64,000 bases of DNA from a virus (taxonomy: Duplodnaviria; Caudoviricetes). Below the pieces are notes generated by a model. It saw only the letters and a list, made by a program, of their open reading frames with translations. It was not told where the DNA came from and ran no database searches. Both the position numbers and the translations under genes were made by a program. Where the stretch lies: IMG/VR virus record IMGVR_UViG_3300049793_000123, positions 1,919 to 65,918 of that record; one strand, written 5' to 3'. Shown one piece after another: positions 9,121 to 16,219 of the stretch (positions within the stretch are counted from its first letter, which is position 1; each line of letters begins with the position of its first letter).

Positions 9121-9336
9121 GTGAAGCAGCAATTCCAATTGCAAATCGACATCGGGAACCGGATTGCGACCAAGCGCGGGAAGATCGGCCTGTCGTTTTT
9201 GAATCTGGCCAAGAAGGCTGGCGTATCCAAGGGCACGCTGTCCTGCGTCGAGCGCGGTTTGAGAGCGCCGAACATTCTGACGCTGATCCGCATTGCCAAC
9301 GCGCTGGGGACGACGGTGCAGCGGTTGATTTCGTAA
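9121..9336 (+). CDS. XRE-family (Cro/CI-like) HTH regulator
   Basis: IGNRIATKRGKIGLSFLNLAKKAGVSKGTLSCVERG..PNILTLIRIANALG. Confidence 0.85.
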   Translation: MKQQFQLQIDIGNRIATKRGKIGLSFLNLAKKAGVSKGTLSCVERGLRAPNILTLIRIANALGTTVQRLIS

Positions 9337-9346
9337 TACAAAAATC

Positions 9347-9973
9347 ATGAGCTTGAATCCTTGCAAGTGTGGGTCGGAAAACATCTGTCCACACGCCGGA
9401 CAAAGCTGGCCAGCTGTGTGGCACGCAGTTCAATGCATGTCCTGCGGAAAGACAACTTTGCAACTTCCAAGTGAAGTGGATGCGCAGATATCGTGGAACA
9501 AGGAGAACCCCGCCCCAGAACCCAACTCAACCTGCTGCCAGCGCGGCTGCTCCGACGCGCCCAAGGCCACGCCGTCCACGCCGGTTTGGAATGTGCATCT
9601 GAAGGATGGTCGGGTTGCGAAGGTGGTGGCTCATCACTGCTCATCCGATTCTCACAGCGTGATATTTCTCAATAACCTTGAGGAAGACGTGGCGGAATTC
9701 TGGCCCAAAGACATCGACTTCATCGCGCGCGACGGGGCGGTGGAGATTGTGCCTGCGGACCCAAAATCCGCCCCAGACGTTCAGCCTGGCGGCGGAGAAT
9801 GCTTCGAGAATTTCTGTGCTCGTAACAAGGTTCAGCCTGACATGACGTTCGCGTACCACGCGTGGATCGCGGAGAGGAAGAAGTCCGCCCCGAATCAGGA
9901 TACACTGCCAACGGTTGAGGATGTGCAGAAGATTTACCAAGAAGAAAAGACAGTACCACCTCGACGAACATGA
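9347..9973 (+). CDS. Lar-like Zn-finger domain protein, multi-module
   Basis: N-terminal PCKCG...VQCMSCG...SWN resembles the Lar/ParA restriction-alleviation Zn finger. Confidence 0.55.
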   Translation: MSLNPCKCGSENICPHAGQSWPAVWHAVQCMSCGKTTLQLPSEVDAQISWNKENPAPEPNSTCCQRGCSDAPKATPSTPVWNVHLKDGRVAKVVAHHCSSDSHSVIFLNNLEEDVAEFWPKDIDFIARDGAVEIVPADPKSAPDVQPGGGECFENFCARNKVQPDMTFAYHAWIAERKKSAPNQDTLPTVEDVQKIYQEEKTVPPRRT

Positions 9974-10248
9974 AGGTCTTTATCACCAAGCACGCCTTGA
10001 CAGCCGGTATCGAGGAAGCCGAGGTTGAGGTATCTCCGAGGTCGCCTGATGTGGTGTCATGTGGCGAGGGTTATGACAAGCGATATTACCACAAGCCGGA
10101 TTGGCATAAGGATCGGGATTCGGCGATCAGCCATGCCGAGCAAATTCGCGCATCCAGAGTGGCAGACTTGCTTGGTGAGGTAGCGCGGTTGAAGGCGCTC
10201 AGGTTTTGGCCGGAGCATTGGCGGTTGAAACCCGTCAAACAGTTATGA
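9970..10248 (+). CDS. hypothetical phage protein
   Basis: MKVFITKHALTAGI...; ATGA coupling. Confidence 0.65.
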   Translation: MKVFITKHALTAGIEEAEVEVSPRSPDVVSCGEGYDKRYYHKPDWHKDRDSAISHAEQIRASRVADLLGEVARLKALRFWPEHWRLKPVKQL

Positions 10249-10955
10249 ACATTCGAGAATCCAGAGAAAGAAAAATCGTGTGGTGCGGGTTGGTGGCGCT
10301 GAGCGTGTTATTTTCCGCTTGGGGCTGGATGACCAGAGGGTCTTCCGCCGAGTTTACCAATTGGAATGAATTCGTTGCCTCCATCAAGCCGGATAAGAAT
10401 GGCCATCGCTGGGTGAACCGAGGTCCGACAACGATTGGATTTATCACCACCAACAAAGATGATGCCAGGCCGACCGCCAGCGAGACAATTTTTCTTTCCA
10501 CGAATAAGGCCACTGGAATCACCACCAACACAACCGATGTTGGCACTTGGCAAATTTTCAGCATCGACCTGCTCTCGAACACCAATCGCGTCAATTTCGG
10601 TTTGAATTGGATCAAAGAGGTGTGCTGGGAATTGGAGGGCGTTACGATCACCCGTCCAGTCTGGCTGGTCGAAACCAATTGGGTGACTGTGGCGCATGTG
10701 CAACCTGAGAAGATCACGAGGTTGGATGATCCGATGGCCAACAGGGCAACCGCCGAACTCATGACCGCCAACGCCATTCAAGTGATCCAGCGCGGTGACG
10801 TGTCCTCCAACCTTGTGGCGTGGGTTTACGGCCACGGCGTGACCAATACTGTGCGATTCAAGAGCATCCCGATTCCTGAGTGGTCGAATGAGGAGCGGAG
10901 ATTGTTGGAATATCACCAGAGCCCGTTCATCACACCGGGGTTAATTGGATGGTGA
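10245..10955 (+). CDS. membrane-anchored Thr/Asn-rich protein
   Basis: N-terminal TM segment; many TN dipeptides; VETNW motif shared with 47658..48182. Confidence 0.65.
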   Translation: MNIRESRERKIVWCGLVALSVLFSAWGWMTRGSSAEFTNWNEFVASIKPDKNGHRWVNRGPTTIGFITTNKDDARPTASETIFLSTNKATGITTNTTDVGTWQIFSIDLLSNTNRVNFGLNWIKEVCWELEGVTITRPVWLVETNWVTVAHVQPEKITRLDDPMANRATAELMTANAIQVIQRGDVSSNLVAWVYGHGVTNTVRFKSIPIPEWSNEERRLLEYHQSPFITPGLIGW

Positions 10956-10993
10956 ATCAACTTGCCAAAACGTATTCTGTGTGGTTGGTTTCT

Positions 10994-11069
10994 GACGCAC
11001 CGGCGTAGTGGTGTAGATGCACACGGACTATGACAGTCCGAAGGTGGGGTGTGACTCCCTGATGCGCCT
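10994..11069 (+). tRNA. degenerate tRNA-like element (nominal anticodon TGA)
   Basis: D stem GCGT/ATGC, anticodon stem CGGAC/GTCCG with loop TATGACA, T arm TGGGG-TGTGACT-CCCTG, acceptor stem with 2 mismatches. Confidence 0.4.
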
Positions 11070-11150
11070 TCAGTTTTTGACTGCGAATGCCCATGCGGAC
11101 TACATTTTAACGTTCGTCTGCACAACTTTTGTCGCGGTTATTTTGATTTT

Positions 11151-11236
11151 GGATTCAGCGGTTCACTCCGCAAGATGGCCAGCACTGGCAAGACTACCGC
11201 TAGCACGGTCCCCGGTGGCAACCATTGAGTCCGCCA
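11151..11236 (+). ncRNA. structured RNA ending in GCCA
   Basis: GGATTCAGCGGTT pairs with AACCATTGAGTCC, then GCCA; no canonical D/T arms. Confidence 0.35.
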
Positions 11237-11302
11237 ATAGCGCCTGTGACCTGATTGGCGAAGACGAGCATGGTCCACCCGATCATAAGCAGGCCATTTT
11301 AC

Positions 11303-11408
11303 GCTCGGGTAGCAGACATTGATAAATGCGGCATGGGCGACGGCTCATGTGCTCTGCGGAATCAAGCGCTTGGTTCCAATGATGCCGGTTCAATTCCGGC
11401 CCCTTGCA
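11303..11408 (+). tRNA. tRNA-like RNA with the anticodon arm replaced by a tetraloop hairpin, plus a long variable arm
   Basis: TAGCAGACATTGATAAATGC D arm; GCATGGGC-GACG-GCTCATGT hairpin; GGAATCAAG/CTTGGTTCC arm; GCCGG-TTCAATT-CCGGC T arm. Confidence 0.5.
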
Positions 11409-11414
11409 GAATTT

Positions 11415-11558
11415 GCACCCACGAACAACCCGGTAGGCAAGTAACTCGAACCGTCGTGAGATGATTCTGAATCCGGGACCGGTCACGGTGAAGCTGGACA
11501 GCCCGCGTGCGCGTGGCGCTACCGGCTGAGTGATCGGGAAACAAACTGGCTTGGGTGC
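11415..11558 (+). ncRNA. multi-stem structured RNA
   Basis: GCACCCA/TGGGTGC closing stem, CCGGTAG/CTACCGG inner stem, GAACCGTC-GTGA-GATGATTC GNRA hairpin. Confidence 0.4.
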
Positions 11559-11567
11559 GATCTTTAC

Positions 11568-11662
11568 GGATGAAGTAGCTCAGTCCGGGAGAGCAGGAGC
11601 CGCGAGCCACTTGATTGTGGCTCAACGCCCCAGGTCGCCGGTTCAAATCCGGCCTTCATCCA
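11568..11662 (+). tRNA. tRNA-His-like RNA with an expanded anticodon arm
   Basis: 8-bp acceptor GGATGAAG/CTTCATCC (G-1:C73-like), canonical D and T arms, TTGA-TTGTGGC-TCAA loop with GTG inside a ~19-nt-longer arm. Confidence 0.6.
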
Positions 11663-11668
11663 TGCTTT

Positions 11669-11745
11669 GGGCTCGAATCTGAAGTGCCGAGGAACCCGAC
11701 TGTCGCTCGGGTCGTTAGCGAGTGCGAGTCTCGTCGAGCCCGCCA
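11669..11745 (+). tRNA. tRNA-Asp(GTC)
   Basis: Acceptor GGGCTCG/CGAGCCC, G73 and encoded CCA, anticodon arm CCCGA-CTGTCGC-TCGGG, T arm GCGAG-TGCGAGT-CTCGT; D arm weak. Confidence 0.75.
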
Positions 11746-11780
11746 CGTTCCATCGGGGATCACTGCGCGGTTTAGTGTTT

Positions 11781-11878
11781 GGAACGACCGTGGTGAAACT
11801 AGCAGACACGCCGCAGATGCAAGTCCGGTGACGGGTGAAATCCCCGTTATGCTGGTGCAAGTCCAGCCGGATGTTCCA
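11781..11878 (+). tRNA. class II (Leu-like) tRNA-like RNA with a disrupted anticodon arm
   Basis: D arm GTGAAACTAGCAGACAC, variable arm GACGGG/CCCGTT, T arm GCTGG-TGCAAGT-CCAGC, acceptor stem extended to GGAAC/GTTCC. Confidence 0.5.
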
Positions 11879-11927
11879 AATGCAAGGCCCGGTGTGTGGC
11901 TCCATGCCGACGCCGGGCCGTCTCTTT

Positions 11928-12113
11928 ATGAAGCAAGAACTTAAACCAATCGACTGGCGCGCTGCTGAGGAGGCGTTACGCCGGGTCGCCTGCGGTCTTC
12001 CATCGACCAACAAAGAAAAACCCGCCAGCGAGGCGGGTGAGAAGCGTGGCCGGGTGTTCCGGCCCTGGTTCAAAAAGAGTGGTGAGATTATTGTGGTTGG
12101 GGATCAGCAGTGA
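11928..12113 (+). CDS. small hypothetical protein
   Basis: MKQELKPIDW... follows a GC-rich hairpin. Confidence 0.35.
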   Translation: MKQELKPIDWRAAEEALRRVACGLPSTNKEKPASEAGEKRGRVFRPWFKKSGEIIVVGDQQ

Positions 12114-12303
12114 GGCAGTCGGGGTGTAACGTGTGGGCGCAGGAGTTGCAGCGTTTCTTGGGAATCTCGTTCCCAGAACTGCTGTAGTCCTCGTCGATCA
12201 AATTGCCACCCGTTCCGAAGCGGCGGCATCGCTGAACCGGTTCAAGCTCGAACCAGCCGTTGGTGGAGTGGCACTGTACGCAGGGGGTGGTCTGTTTTGT
12301 CAT
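12088..12303 (-). CDS. small Zn-ribbon protein
   Basis: CVQC...CNSC; ATGA coupling. Confidence 0.55.
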   Translation of the reverse strand: MTKQTTPCVQCHSTNGWFELEPVQRCRRFGTGGNLIDEDYSSSGNEIPKKRCNSCAHTLHPDCLTADPQPQ

Positions 12304-12749
12304 GGCTTCTTGGGTTTGAGTGAATCTTCCACGAGGTTCTGAAAACGGATGCAGCGATCACGCTCGCGCTGGCTCAGGTGGGTTAGGCTGTAGGTAAGGT
12401 GGATTTTGCTGAACATCTTGGATGGGCGAGACCAGAGGCCATAAGTCTCGGATGGGGTTGGCCATCGACCCATGACCTTGCGGAATGAGTCGGCGCGCTC
12501 GTTGATGATTTGAGATGCCACCAGCCATGCCGATTGCGAGTTGCTGGCTCTGGCTCGGATCGCCTTGCTGTGCGTGCATCCAGTCACTTCAGTCCACACT
12601 CGTGGTAAAATCTGAAAGCGAGAGACTTCCCGCGCTCGGCCTACCTTGGTATCGACGCCACCGCTTTCCACTTGGCCCAGCGCGATTCGGATCGCGTTCT
12701 GTTCGATTGGTGAAAGGCTCAACAAGTAGCAGAGGATTGCAGTCTTCAT
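12300..12749 (-). CDS. lysozyme-fold lytic transglycosylase (SLT/destabilase-like)
   Basis: ALGQVESGG (catalytic Glu), GRAREVSRFQI, W..P near the C-terminus; hydrophobic N-terminus. Confidence 0.7.
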   Translation of the reverse strand: MKTAILCYLLSLSPIEQNAIRIALGQVESGGVDTKVGRAREVSRFQILPRVWTEVTGCTHSKAIRARASNSQSAWLVASQIINERADSFRKVMGRWPTPSETYGLWSRPSKMFSKIHLTYSLTHLSQRERDRCIRFQNLVEDSLKPKKP

Positions 12750-12967
12750 GGTTTCTTTTTGGAGAGTCGGCTGTTGAGGATTTCGACGGCCTTCTGTGCG
12801 TCAGGATCGTTGATTGATCTCAGGCCGATGACGCAGGATTTCATGTAATCTTCTTCGAGCTTGGCATGAGGCTTCGCCAAAATCTGCTGCGCGATGGCGA
12901 TCCATGGCCGTTGGTCATTTTCGATGTGTGAAAACTGGATCGCCTTGATTTCTTCGTGCTTACTCAT
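12746..12967 (-). CDS. hypothetical protein
   Basis: Coupled ORF. Confidence 0.6.
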   Translation of the reverse strand: MSKHEEIKAIQFSHIENDQRPWIAIAQQILAKPHAKLEEDYMKSCVIGLRSINDPDAQKAVEILNSRLSKKKP

Positions 12968-13314
12968 GAATCCTGACCGCCACCGATCTCGTGAAGCACG
13001 CTGTTCAGGGCTGCGGTGTAAGATAGTAAATCGACCAAAGTGTCTTCTTTGTATCCGCCCTTCATCCGGCCAAGTTTCACGTCACACAAGCAAGCGGCTT
13101 GGATAGCCCGCTGGCAGACCACCTCAGGAGCTTGGGACTTTTTGATGTGCTCCACCGTCATCTCGTAAAACGGAGCCTGAAACTGTTGCAAGTCCCAGCC
13201 GTCCTTTTGATCGGCTGCGTATTGGGTGGCGCGGTCCTGTAAAATCGCATCGCACTTCGCCAGTGTGGCCAAGGCGAGGGATTGGAATGCGCGTTTGGGT
13301 TTGGGGTCGTTCAT
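12964..13314 (-). CDS. DUF6378-like (all-helical nucleotide-diphosphohydrolase-related) protein
   Basis: ILQDRATQY...VKLGR...EDTLVDLLSY. Confidence 0.6.
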   Translation of the reverse strand: MNDPKPKRAFQSLALATLAKCDAILQDRATQYAADQKDGWDLQQFQAPFYEMTVEHIKKSQAPEVVCQRAIQAACLCDVKLGRMKGGYKEDTLVDLLSYTAALNSVLHEIGGGQDS

Positions 13315-13718
13315 TGGTTGATGATGGTTAGGAATTCTGAGATGGAGCGGACGACGTGATAGCGGCCTTCAAATCCTCTCGCGTCAAGATAACATTTGAA
13401 CGCGAGCTGTTCCGGCCTTAGCTTGGAGTTGGCGCGCTTGGCCTCAATACACCACCAGCGCCCTTGGTCTCCGAAGATGATAAAGTCGGGTTCGCCAATG
13501 GTTCTTCCGGTGGCCTTATCCATTCGTCCGTGACAAGCCATCCAACCACGTCGGCGGCACTCGGCCAGGATTTGGTCGTGCAAAATCGCCTCCCTGTCAA
13601 CTGGTGGATTCGATAGGTGCGTTGGCCTAGCTAAAACTTCTTGTTGAAGCTTCCACAGCTTATCCGTTCTTCCGTTAGCAATACGCGCGTTATGAGCGTC
13701 TGCCTCAGCTTGGGTCAT
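13311..13718 (-). CDS. VRR-NUC domain nuclease
   Basis: E..L...I, GEPDFII, CIEAK, LRPEQ, VVRS. Confidence 0.85.
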   Translation of the reverse strand: MTQAEADAHNARIANGRTDKLWKLQQEVLARPTHLSNPPVDREAILHDQILAECRRRGWMACHGRMDKATGRTIGEPDFIIFGDQGRWWCIEAKRANSKLRPEQLAFKCYLDARGFEGRYHVVRSISEFLTIINQ

Positions 13719-13862
13719 CCTTTGCATAACTTGCCTTTGAAGCATCTCCTTCCTCCGCATCATTATCCACCTCGTCGCGCACAACAAGTGATCCGTCATC
13801 TTGATCGTGAACGCCCGCATCGTGATAGTCCGGCATCTCCCGGCTACTCCAGCGCATTGGCA

Positions 13863-14117
13863 TCACAACAACCTCGCCTGTTCGGGATTTTCCAGCTCCA
13901 CCTCCGCGCGCGGCTCGTAGGTAAGCGGGCAGCCGTGTTCATCATGGGACGGGATGGACATTTCGCACACCAGCTTACGCCCTCCGGGTTTTCCTTCCAG
14001 CTTGAACTCCAGGCTGGCCTTCTTGCGCTTTGACGCCTCCACCTTGGCACCGTGCTCGGTAAACAGCTTGGTGACCAGGAAAGCCGCCTTGGTGGTCAGT
14101 TCATTCTGATCGCTCAT
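13863..14117 (-). CDS. hypothetical protein
   Basis: GAGG/AGG RBS, ATG start. Confidence 0.55.
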   Translation of the reverse strand: MSDQNELTTKAAFLVTKLFTEHGAKVEASKRKKASLEFKLEGKPGGRKLVCEMSIPSHDEHGCPLTYEPRAEVELENPEQARLL

Positions 14118-14580
14118 GCTTCCTCTCCCTCTTGGTTTTGGGTTCCACGTATTGGATGCGCGACCTGAACGCGAGGGCCAGCTTGATCTTGCCGCTCATC
14201 AGCCCACTTACAAGCACAGCCACCACTCCGCCGTGGCCGTGAATTATCTCCGACACGTATCCGCGTTTCCATTTGGACCACTCATCAGTCTGCACTTCGG
14301 TTCCATCCTTCCTGAACGTTCCAGACTCGGCCATAAGTTTGGCCCATCTCACCTGAACCCCGACAATTATCCTTGGGTCGATCACAGGGCACTGAATTGG
14401 ATCAAAGAAGTTCTCAAACTTGGCGAGCTTGCGCACCCCGGAAAGTCGGCATGCTCCAAGGATTCCGCCACCGTCGTTGGGGAACACCTCGGCGACAGTG
14501 TGTGCCTTGAAGGCTGCTGATGGACATGATCTCCACAGCACGCGCTGGCCGACGGTCCAGTAACCGATGAGATATTTCAC
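14101..14580 (-). CDS. hypothetical protein (two SH3/KOW-like repeats?)
   Basis: GTGA coupling; 'VGQRVLW' and 'VGVQVRW' repeats. Confidence 0.5.
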   Translation of the reverse strand: MKYLIGYWTVGQRVLWRSCPSAAFKAHTVAEVFPNDGGGILGACRLSGVRKLAKFENFFDPIQCPVIDPRIIVGVQVRWAKLMAESGTFRKDGTEVQTDEWSKWKRGYVSEIIHGHGGVVAVLVSGLMSGKIKLALAFRSRIQYVEPKTKRERKHERSE

Positions 14581-14783
14581 ACTTCCCCCTGTCTTCGCGG
14601 AAGCTTGATCTTTTGGCGGCGACACAGGCTTCGGACATAATAGCTGGCAACCGCCAGAGAATGCATCCTGCCAGCCCAGTAAGGATTTGACTTCAACTTG
14701 TGCTGATCCTTTGCCTCGGCATGAAGTCTCTGAAAATGTTTCAGTGTTAACAGCGCGAACTTTTGGTTGGTCATGTTTTTCAA
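14577..14783 (-). CDS. small hypothetical protein
   Basis: Coupled to the dnaB stop. Confidence 0.5.
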   Translation of the reverse strand: MKNMTNQKFALLTLKHFQRLHAEAKDQHKLKSNPYWAGRMHSLAVASYYVRSLCRRQKIKLPRRQGEV

Positions 14784-16219
14784 TCCTTCTGATGCGACGG
14801 ATAATCCGCCTGTTCAACTTTCGACGCCGACTCAAACCGCGTCTGCTCGGCGAAGAACGTCAGCATGTCCTTGCCGAGATTGCCCTCCCGGTTCTTGGCT
14901 GTCTTAGCACACACCAAGCGGGACGATTCAGCAGCACGATCCTTGGTGAACAGCAGCACGATCTTGTCGGCGTCCTCTTCGATGTCACCGGACTCTCTCA
15001 GGTTTATCAGGGTCGGCTCCGTATCCTCGTCCTTGGCAGCCTCACGACCAAGCTGGGAAGCCAGCATCACCACAATCCCGAGTTCCAACGCCATCTCGTG
15101 GCAGGCCCAAGAAACCGCGCTCACCTCATTCCGACGATCCCGTGCCGATGGATGACGCACACGCTGGGCATGATCTACCATGGCGATCTTGATCCCGTAA
15201 CGCTTAACCATTTCCCGCATGGTGGAACGCATCATCGAAGTGGTGAACCCGCTGCGCTCGTCAATCCAAATAGGCAGCCGCTTCACCTTTCCGAGGCAGT
15301 TCGTGATGCGGAAAAAGTCTACGTCGTTCCAATTGGTGATCCCGCGCGCGGACATGTTCACCTTGGCCCGGGTTGCGATCACGCGCGAGGTCAGGCTTTT
15401 GCCGGGCATCTCGGTGGACACGATTCCAGTCCCAATCCCGGAGTCAGCCAAGTTGTTGGCGATGTTCATCATGAGCGCCGTTTTGCCAGTGCCAGTGCGA
15501 GCGCCAAGGATCACCAACTCGCCCGGCTTCATGCCGCCCAGCGTACGGTCTAGGTCGGGAAACCCGGTTCTCAGCCCGATGATGCCGTCACCGCCCAGCT
15601 TGTGGACTTCCTCGGCCGCATCCACCACGGGCTGGACGAAGTTGCCGATGGGCTGGACCGATCCCTTGGATTCGATCAGCTTGCTTAATCCAAGCGCGCT
15701 CTCTTGCAGAGAATCTATCAACTCGATGACTGTTCCGGTCAAGCCGGTGTATGCTCGGCCGATCAATTCGCTGGCCTCGTGGATGAATTTTCGGCGCACG
15801 AAGCAATCACGAACAGACTGGGCATAGGTTGGCAAGTTGGCGGCACTGGGCACCCCGTCTATCAGGGAGTTTAAGTAGGCCAGCCCCCCAACTGCCTCCA
15901 ATTGGTCTAATCGTTTCAACGCCGTGGGAAAGGTAATCATGTCAACGGGCACCCTCATCTCCCGCATTCCAAGGATGACCTCGAAGATGGCTCGGTGTCG
16001 CAAGTCGTAGAAGGCTTCGATGGTTCAGAGTTGTTCGAGTAGCAGGTCGGCATTCGTCTCAGGATCAAGTAGGACGCATCCGAGGCACCCTTGCTCGGCC
16101 TCCACGTCATGCGGTGGCAGCCGGTCGAGACGCGCCATGTCCGGGGCCATGCGCGAGGTCTTACGTGGATTAGACGCATTGCGGGCCTCCAAGTCTGCTT
16201 GATCGTCGAGTGAGGACAT
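14780..16219 (-). CDS. dnaB: DnaB-like replicative helicase with an in-frame TGA at 16025-16027
   Basis: N-terminal PPHDVEAEQGCLG and FYDLRHRAIF lie in the same frame on either side of TGA; Walker A GARTGTGKT, STEM, MVDH, SQLGR, LRESGDIEEDAD, KNREG. Confidence 0.9.

Noticed and set aside
11448-11467. Resemblance of GAACCGTCGTGAGA to a 23S rRNA segment
   Set aside because: The match is too short and flanking rRNA sequence is absent; treated as a GNRA hairpin only.
11568-11662. tRNA-Sec or opal suppressor, because of the 8-bp acceptor stem
   Set aside because: No UCA anticodon centred in a 7-nt loop, no long variable arm and a normal D arm; His-like features fit better.
14780-16219. Genome-wide TGA reassignment (alternative genetic code) suggested by the dnaB stop
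   Set aside because: Many genes end in TGA coupled to the next start (e.g. ATGA at 23935-23938, 12300-12303, 9970-9973), and the long genes contain no internal TGA.
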